DNA of 64,000 nt from Candidatus Aenigmatarchaeota archaeon (lineage in GTDB: Archaea > Aenigmatarchaeota > Aenigmatarchaeia > CG10238-14 > SCSR01), in the NCBI GenBank assembly GCA_038998335.1, contig JAVZHQ010000001.1, forward strand, positions 594,165 to 658,164, written 5' to 3'. The translations under genes were made by a program, and so were the position numbers. The notes below the pieces were generated by a model. It ran no database searches, had not been told where the DNA came from, and worked only from the letters and a program-made list of their open reading frames with translations. This document shows positions 59,160 through 64,000 of the stretch, piece by piece. Every line of letters begins with the position of its first letter. The stretch's first letter is position 1.

Positions 59160-59669
59160 ATGAAAAAACTAACTACCAAACAATACGTTTCAATATTTTT
59201 TTTAATACTCCTTGCGTTTTTCTTTTTAAGTTTTGCAGAAATAGCAGTAGAAGGTCCTTATGGAGGAGCGACTAAGAGTTATGGTTGGAAGATTCAGATT
59301 TATGATTCTGTCTATCTAAGAGAGTATCACTTTTTTCTATTTTATTTAACAATACCAACACTACTTTCAATTTCTATAATCTTAGTTGGGTTTGATTTAA
59401 GATTAATCAGTATTTTAATTTTAGGGTATTCAATTGGTAGTATTTTAGAAGACTTTTGTTGGTTTGCTTTTAACCCTTACTACGGAATCCACAAATTTTC
59501 GCCAGAATTTTATACCTGGACCATTTGGATAAATGTTTTAGGTTTAAAAATCCCTATACTGTACTTCATTTACTCACTAATAATTCTTGCTGATGTTTTC
59601 TTTATTTTAAAAATAATCCCAATTATCGAAAAACATAAACAAAATAAACCAGAAATGTTCGGATTTTAA
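59160..59669 (+). CDS. Polytopic membrane protein, unknown function
   Basis: 169 aa with about 5 hydrophobic segments. Confidence 0.6.
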   Translation: MKKLTTKQYVSIFFLILLAFFFLSFAEIAVEGPYGGATKSYGWKIQIYDSVYLREYHFFLFYLTIPTLLSISIILVGFDLRLISILILGYSIGSILEDFCWFAFNPYYGIHKFSPEFYTWTIWINVLGLKIPILYFIYSLIILADVFFILKIIPIIEKHKQNKPEMFGF

Positions 59670-59674
59670 TTTAG

Positions 59675-59761
59675 CGCCCTCGCTGGGATTTGAACCCAGG
59701 ACCTACCGGTTAACAGCCGGGTGCTCTACCACTGAGCTTTCCTCGTAATTACTACGAGGGC
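59675..59761 (-). tRNA. tRNA-Asn (anticodon GUU) with a 15-nt non-canonical intron at 8/9-9/10 (about 59738-59752)
   Basis: Minus-strand read: GCCCUCG UA [GUAAUUACGAGGAAA] GCUC AGUGGUA GAGC A CCCGG CUGUUAA CCGGU AGGUC CUGGG UUCAAAU CCCAG CGAGGGC G. The mature form would be 72 nt. Confidence 0.75.
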
Positions 59762-60512
59762 TGCGAGGGCTTAATATATTTTTTAACAACTTGTTTTCAT
59801 CAATTAAATATTCTTCTATACTTTTATAGAATTTCCTTAAATTATTAGGCGTTATAACAAAAACTTTATAACCTCTTTGTTGTAAATCCTTTATCTTCTT
59901 TTTTAATTTCATAGCTTTATCAAAACCTTTCCACATGCTACATTCTACAATAAGGTTACCAACCTTGAAATCTGGGAAATAATATTTTTTATTGACATTT
60001 ATACAAGGTTCGTATTGATAATTTATTCCAAATTGAAATAATGTATCAGCAATTTTCTTTTCTAAAGTATTTCTGACGAGTTCACCACGTTTGGTTTTAA
60101 ATTTGTAGCTTCCAATCTTCTTAAACCGTTCATATTGCTCTAAGAAATATTTTTCACCTAATTCTTTTCTAAGTTTTTTATGTAACCTGCTAGAAGCTTT
60201 TTTCATCTTAATTAGATTTTTTCTGAATGTTTTGCTTCTAACCTTCTTTAAGTAGCTGGCTTTACCACCAATCCTTTGTTTCCAGTTTTTATCTAACCGT
60301 TTTTGAATAATTTGCACGATATCAACTTCTTCTAAACCTAAAAATTTCATGAGTTTGTTAAGAACATATCGAGAAATAGGTCTACCTTTATGTTTATAAT
60401 AATATATTGCAGATTTCACTACATTTAAGGTTTTTGCCAACTTTCTTTCACTACCAGCCTTTTTTATGGCCATGTTAATTATGTTTTTCTGATCTTTTAA
60501 TTTAAAATACAT
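59703..60512 (-). CDS. HTH plus putative restriction-endonuclease-like (PD-(D/E)xK?) protein immediately upstream of, and reading into, tRNA-Asn
   Basis: N-terminal ERKLAKTLNVVKSAIYYYKHKG is HTH-like. C-terminal GELVRNTLEKKIADTLFQFGINYQYEP...YYFPDFKVGNLIVECSMWKG is nuclease-like by eye. The last ~60 nt of the ORF are tRNA-Asn sequence (..SPRSPRSNYEESSVVEHPAVNR), so the true C-terminus is uncertain. Confidence 0.55.
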   Translation of the reverse strand: MYFKLKDQKNIINMAIKKAGSERKLAKTLNVVKSAIYYYKHKGRPISRYVLNKLMKFLGLEEVDIVQIIQKRLDKNWKQRIGGKASYLKKVRSKTFRKNLIKMKKASSRLHKKLRKELGEKYFLEQYERFKKIGSYKFKTKRGELVRNTLEKKIADTLFQFGINYQYEPCINVNKKYYFPDFKVGNLIVECSMWKGFDKAMKLKKKIKDLQQRGYKVFVITPNNLRKFYKSIEEYLIDENKLLKNILSPRSPRSNYEESSVVEHPAVNR

Positions 60513-60548
60513 AATAAAAACTTTGTTTATTACTATTTAAAGTTACTT

Positions 60549-60567
60549 CCAACTGAGCTACGAGGGC
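60549..60567 (-). repeat. Orphan copy of tRNA-Asn positions 1-19 (GCCCTCGTAGCTCAGTTGG) upstream of the nuclease ORF
   Basis: Reverse complement of CCAACTGAGCTACGAGGGC. It is a perfect acceptor 5' strand plus U8A9, the D-stem 5' strand and the start of the D-loop, with no matching 3' half nearby. It lies 806 nt upstream of the 5' end of the complete gene. Confidence 0.85.
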
Positions 60568-60617
60568 TTTTAAACTACTAATATATTATTAGAAAAAATT
60601 TTAAAAGTAAGTTTAAT

Positions 60618-61697
60618 CTAAGGTAAGAAATCCTTTTTCTCTATTTTTTCTGGCAAATAGTTTTCTGTTATAAATTTCAGGCCTTTTCCTGACAAAGCTT
60701 CCAACTCAGCTTTTATTTTCCTTTCAATCATAAGCTTAAGCTCTTTTTGCCAGACTGGATGTTTGAACCATTCATAATTCAACATTTCTTTTGCTCTTTT
60801 TATGTCAACCTCTTCTGCTTTTATAGTAAAATCTTTTAAACCAAACTTATCTATGTCGCTTATCGTTAAACCTAAAAATTTTGCGTTTGGTGTACCAAGT
60901 CTGTCAGAAACATGAGCTAAGCTCATCGAGCCATATTTTATAACCGAATAAATGTACCAACCGTAACTGTCTGCATCAGTAAAAACATAAACTGGAAGGT
61001 TAAACTCTGTAGCCAATCTTTGAATTAATCTTCTTGTCCCTCTTGCAGCCTGACCTTGAGTTGTGACTAAAATACACTTGTGTTTTTTCCAAAACTTATC
61101 CTCATGCAACCTTTCAAAAGCTGCGTTCTTTTCTATAACAAGAATAAAATTAGCGTTAACTTTTTTAAATTCTAAATCTTCTACGTTGCTTGGGATAGCC
61201 CAACCCCCTGAACCAAGCTTTGACCAATCAATAGTGTCTCCTCTATCTCTAATTATCACATCACCTACAACCCTTCCTCTTACGTCAGCGTTTAAATGTA
61301 GCTGTTCTCTTAAAACATCTAGCATAACTTCTAAATCAACAACTATAGGATCACTTTCATTTTGTTCGTTGAACGTGTTTTCCTGAGAGTTTGGTAAAGT
61401 TCTTTTCAAGGCATAAAACAAATCCCTTAGGCTTGTATGAAGGTTTTGCTCTAGTAATTCCTTACAAAAAGCAGCAACTAACATAGTTTGCATAAATTTC
61501 TTTGCATGTCCAGTGTGAAACAAAAATCTTTTTGCAGTTTTTTCTCCTAAGGTTAGCATTCCTGTTTTTTTATCGTAAATAATATTAGAAAGTGAACGAA
61601 TAGGAACTTCTATGTTTGGGTTCTCTTTTTTCTCTATATCACTTAGAACTTTTTTCCCTAAATCTTCAAGTTTTTTCTTCGTTTCTTTCATTTCCAA
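60618..61697 (-). CDS. top6A: DNA topoisomerase VI subunit A (Spo11-like)
   Basis: LRDLFYALKRTLP (catalytic Tyr region). Toprim VIEKNAAFERL ... VFTDADSYGWYIYSVIKYGS. Overlaps the top6B stop by 32 nt. Confidence 0.92.
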   Translation of the reverse strand: MEMKETKKKLEDLGKKVLSDIEKKENPNIEVPIRSLSNIIYDKKTGMLTLGEKTAKRFLFHTGHAKKFMQTMLVAAFCKELLEQNLHTSLRDLFYALKRTLPNSQENTFNEQNESDPIVVDLEVMLDVLREQLHLNADVRGRVVGDVIIRDRGDTIDWSKLGSGGWAIPSNVEDLEFKKVNANFILVIEKNAAFERLHEDKFWKKHKCILVTTQGQAARGTRRLIQRLATEFNLPVYVFTDADSYGWYIYSVIKYGSMSLAHVSDRLGTPNAKFLGLTISDIDKFGLKDFTIKAEEVDIKRAKEMLNYEWFKHPVWQKELKLMIERKIKAELEALSGKGLKFITENYLPEKIEKKDFLP

Positions 61698-63333
61698 CTA
61701 CCTCTTTTAAAGTTGTCTGCTTTACCTTTTTAATTTTTTCCTCTTGCTTTTCTTTTTCAATTTCTTCTTCAGCTTTACTTTCCATTTCCTCTATTGTTAA
61801 GTCAACTTTTTTCTTTATCATTTCTTCCAATTTCTTCAAAATAGTTTTGTAATCTTTATTTGTAAGTTTTGCCACCGCTCTTGCAACTTCTGGCACATAC
61901 CTTTCAAATATTTGTCTTCTTAAAAGCCTTTCTCTTGCTTTTCTCTTTTGTCTTATATAGCTTGCAAGCTTCCTTCCTGCATCTTGTAAAGCAAGTTTTA
62001 TTTCTTTAACAATTTCTGGATAGTTAGCTATTGCCTGCTTTCCTTCAGAAGTAAAAGGAACCCAAACAGAAGCAAAATGAACAAGAATTGCTAAAGGTCC
62101 TACAGGTAAAGAGCCTGCTGATTGTTGTAAGCCATATCTTCTCCAATCAACTTCTGCTATTGCTTCTGTTATTGCACAATCTCCTTGATGGTAAAGTAAA
62201 GGAACCTTATTCGCAAACCTTAAAATTTTTGCAGTTTCATTTTCTTGTAACTTTCCTCCATAGGCTAAACCACATTCAACTAAAAATGGATAACCTCTAT
62301 AAACTGTTGGTGGTCTAGAAACAGCAACATAATACTCAGCCTCTATTTCTTTTTTCAAACCCTCCTCTATTAACTTTTCTGTTAGCGGAGATAGACAATT
62401 TGTTGGTGGAGACATAAGCTTAACCATTTGCATAGCTTTATGTAACTTTTCAGATTCTTCTGGAGTAAGGTCTTGTGGTTTTCTGTTGAGTTCAATTTTT
62501 GCTAGCTTACAAATTTGTTCTGCAGAATTTTTTCCAACTCTGCAGAACTCTGTTGTCAAAAAGCTAAGCATATTCTTTGCTTTTGTATCCTTAAGCATTC
62601 TTCTCAAAATCCCAAGCTCAACGCCATAAGGATGAGGTTTAATTTCTTTTGGTTGGGCAGGAATTTCGTTAATTGTTCTTTCAAACTCTATTTTTCCGTT
62701 TGGACCATCAAAAATGATACGAGCATAAGGATTGACTATTGCTGTTTGTTTTATGTATTCTAAAACGGAAGGTGGTTTTTCTGTGTACCTTCCTTCTATT
62801 TCCATCTCTATTCTTACACCATGCCATTTTTTTGAATTTTTTTCTTTCTTGAAAGAAATTATGTGAGGCTCATTTTTTGCAACGTCTATCATAAGTTCAA
62901 AAATTGTAATATCTTTGCCTGTGCTTGTAATAATTTTTGTTGGTTTGCCTGTAGTTAATTGAGAATATAGAATTGCACCATGGATGCCTAAACCTTGAAC
63001 TCCTCGACTTTGTCTAAGCCTATGGAACTTACTTCCGTACAAAAACTTACCAAAAGCATAAGGTACTTTTGATTCAACTACTCCTGGGCCGTTATCTTCA
63101 ACTATAACTTTAAACCTATCGATGCCAACTTGCTTAACTGAAACATAAATTTCTGGTAAAATGTTTGCTTCATTGGTGGCATCTAACGCGTTATCTAAAG
63201 CCTCTTTTACTACTGTAATCAAACTTTTTGTTGGATTTTCATAACCTAACAAATGCCTATTTTTCTCGAAAAATTCTGCTACACTAACTTCTCTCATTTC
63301 CTTTGCCATTTTTTCAGCAATACTCTCTTCCAT
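61666..63333 (-). CDS. top6B: DNA topoisomerase VI subunit B (GHKL ATPase) with KE-rich C-terminal extension
   Basis: VSVAEFFEKNRHLLGYENPTKSLITVVKEALDNALDA (Bergerat fold N-box). DNGPGV. SRGVQGLGIHGAILYSQLTTG. Confidence 0.92.
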   Translation of the reverse strand: MEESIAEKMAKEMREVSVAEFFEKNRHLLGYENPTKSLITVVKEALDNALDATNEANILPEIYVSVKQVGIDRFKVIVEDNGPGVVESKVPYAFGKFLYGSKFHRLRQSRGVQGLGIHGAILYSQLTTGKPTKIITSTGKDITIFELMIDVAKNEPHIISFKKEKNSKKWHGVRIEMEIEGRYTEKPPSVLEYIKQTAIVNPYARIIFDGPNGKIEFERTINEIPAQPKEIKPHPYGVELGILRRMLKDTKAKNMLSFLTTEFCRVGKNSAEQICKLAKIELNRKPQDLTPEESEKLHKAMQMVKLMSPPTNCLSPLTEKLIEEGLKKEIEAEYYVAVSRPPTVYRGYPFLVECGLAYGGKLQENETAKILRFANKVPLLYHQGDCAITEAIAEVDWRRYGLQQSAGSLPVGPLAILVHFASVWVPFTSEGKQAIANYPEIVKEIKLALQDAGRKLASYIRQKRKARERLLRRQIFERYVPEVARAVAKLTNKDYKTILKKLEEMIKKKVDLTIEEMESKAEEEIEKEKQEEKIKKVKQTTLKEVVGNERNEEKT

Positions 63334-63337
63334 TTTA

Positions 63338-63832
63338 TCATGCCCTTTGTTTTTCTAGAAACCTATAAACTGAGGAATGTAAGCTTCCTGACAAAAGCAT
63401 TTCTATTGCTTTTTTTGCAATCATTATTTTGTCCCACTTTCCTATTATACTTATTGTTTTTCCATAGATTGAAATTTTAACGTCAGCATACTTTTCAATT
63501 AACTTTTTGGTTTTTCCTTCTGTTCCTATAACCCTTCCTCTTAAGGTTATCATTCTATTTCTAGACTTTTTTGAATAATCTTTTATGTCAATTATCTCAA
63601 GGTAATAGTCTTCGTCTAAAAGGTTAAGAGCAACGTTAAAATCAAAACCTCTTCCAAAAGCTTTCAAAACTTCCTTTATTCTCATAAGCCTTAGAGGATC
63701 TTCGCACTCTATCGAAATTTCTTCGTTTATTTCAATTTTTGAATCAGTAAATTTTTCAAGTTGTTCTATAAGCTTCTTGTTTTTTCTCAAAATTTTTAAC
63801 CTTTCTTCTGGAATTGCTATGTAATCTATCAT
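63338..63832 (-). CDS. Two-KH-domain RNA-binding protein (archaeal Dim2/Pno1-like)
   Basis: LKAFGRGFDFNVALNLL and RGRVIGTEGKTKKLIEKYADVKISIYGKTISIIG (GxxG KH motif). ATGA overlap with the upstream RIO kinase gene, a pairing I recall as common in archaea. Confidence 0.8.
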   Translation of the reverse strand: MIDYIAIPEERLKILRKNKKLIEQLEKFTDSKIEINEEISIECEDPLRLMRIKEVLKAFGRGFDFNVALNLLDEDYYLEIIDIKDYSKKSRNRMITLRGRVIGTEGKTKKLIEKYADVKISIYGKTISIIGKWDKIMIAKKAIEMLLSGSLHSSVYRFLEKQRA

Positions 63833-64000
63833 TTTTTCATCAACTCCAAAAGCTCTCCAAAAATTTTTTGCTCATCTTTCACTTTAACTCCAACCTTTTT
63901 GAAGTATGAATTAATATTTTTTATATCTCTAAGTAAAAATTCTTTTGCTAAAGGGTGAGAATGAGGCACAGCCTGACTAAAATCTATTAGGTAAGGCTTT
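63829..64000 (-). CDS. RIO-type serine/threonine protein kinase, 3' end only (gene continues beyond window)
   Basis: The minus-strand translation KPYLIDFSQAVPHSHPLAKEFLLRDIKNINSYFKKVGVKVKDEQKIFGELLELMKK shows the RIO C-lobe motif IDFSQAV...RD..N...F. Confidence 0.75.
   Translation of the reverse strand, partial: KPYLIDFSQAVPHSHPLAKEFLLRDIKNINSYFKKVGVKVKDEQKIFGELLELMKK

Noticed and set aside
56664-60567. Integrated virus or plasmid using the tRNA genes as att sites
   Set aside because: There is no integrase, transposase or other mobile-element gene between or next to the tRNA loci. The intervening genes (GT2, macro domain, membrane protein) look chromosomal. The duplicated segments cover the tRNA 5' ends rather than the 3' halves typically used as archaeal att sites. 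Kept only as an alternative within the tRNA-Asn finding.
60571-60600. AT-rich box (TAATAATATAT, minus strand) upstream of the orphan tRNA-Asn fragment as evidence that the fragment is the true transcription start
   Set aside because: The box is centred only about 18-19 nt upstream of the fragment's first base, not the ~26 nt seen for tRNA-Val, tRNA-Phe and the SRP RNA. A similar box at similar spacing also precedes the complete gene, so it does not discriminate between the models.
61666-61697. 32-nt overlap of top6B and top6A and the KE-rich C-terminal extension of Top6B
   Set aside because: Short overlaps are common in this window's operons, and KE-rich tails occur on many proteins here. 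This is probably compositional, not a special feature.

Overview
AT-rich archaeal chromosomal segment. The archaeal call rests on Topo VI A/B, ribosomal protein S17e, tRNA-splicing endonuclease EndA, archaemetzincin, a Pelota-like protein, EndoQ, an adjacent RIO kinase and KH/Dim2-like gene, an archaeal-type SRP RNA and intron-containing tRNAs. The K/E/I-rich proteome and small housekeeping genes suggest a reduced, possibly DPANN-like or thermophilic lineage; this is inference only.

More than half of the window encodes secreted or membrane-anchored proteins rich in N-x-S/T sequons.
(1) A >=4,433-aa ORF runs off the 5' edge. Its huge repeat-built ectodomain is joined through one TM helix to a cytoplasmic HerA/FtsK-type (DUF87-like) P-loop ATPase. 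A KE-rich coiled-coil gene follows with no gap after the stop codon.
(2) A 1,954-aa second giant surface protein shares domain modules with the first and contains a 681-bp in-frame tandem duplication.
(3) A ~14-kb locus (28.2-42.1 kb) holds beta-sandwich, BNR-propeller and Cys-rich surface proteins, two MinD/ParA ATPases (one fused to an HTH) and a small HExxH membrane protein.
Between the two giant genes lies a signalling island: CheC-like, CheY-like, MEDS, and a PAS / substrate-binding protein / histidine kinase / membrane protein operon.

The right third is mostly housekeeping: acs, SRP RNA, Lon-like and M50 proteases, EndoQ, a methyltransferase, tRNA-Val, Pelota-like, S17e, EndA, archaemetzincin, a GT2 glycosyltransferase, a macro domain protein, Topo VI, KH and RIO. 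It also holds two unusual tRNA loci. tRNA-Phe and tRNA-Asn each carry a non-canonical bulge-helix-bulge mini-intron at position 8/9-9/10. Each is immediately preceded on the same strand by a nuclease ORF (double LAGLIDADG; HTH plus a possible PD-(D/E)xK domain) that reads into the tRNA, and the tRNA 5' exon sequence is duplicated.

No CRISPR array, rRNA, integrase or transposase was recognised.
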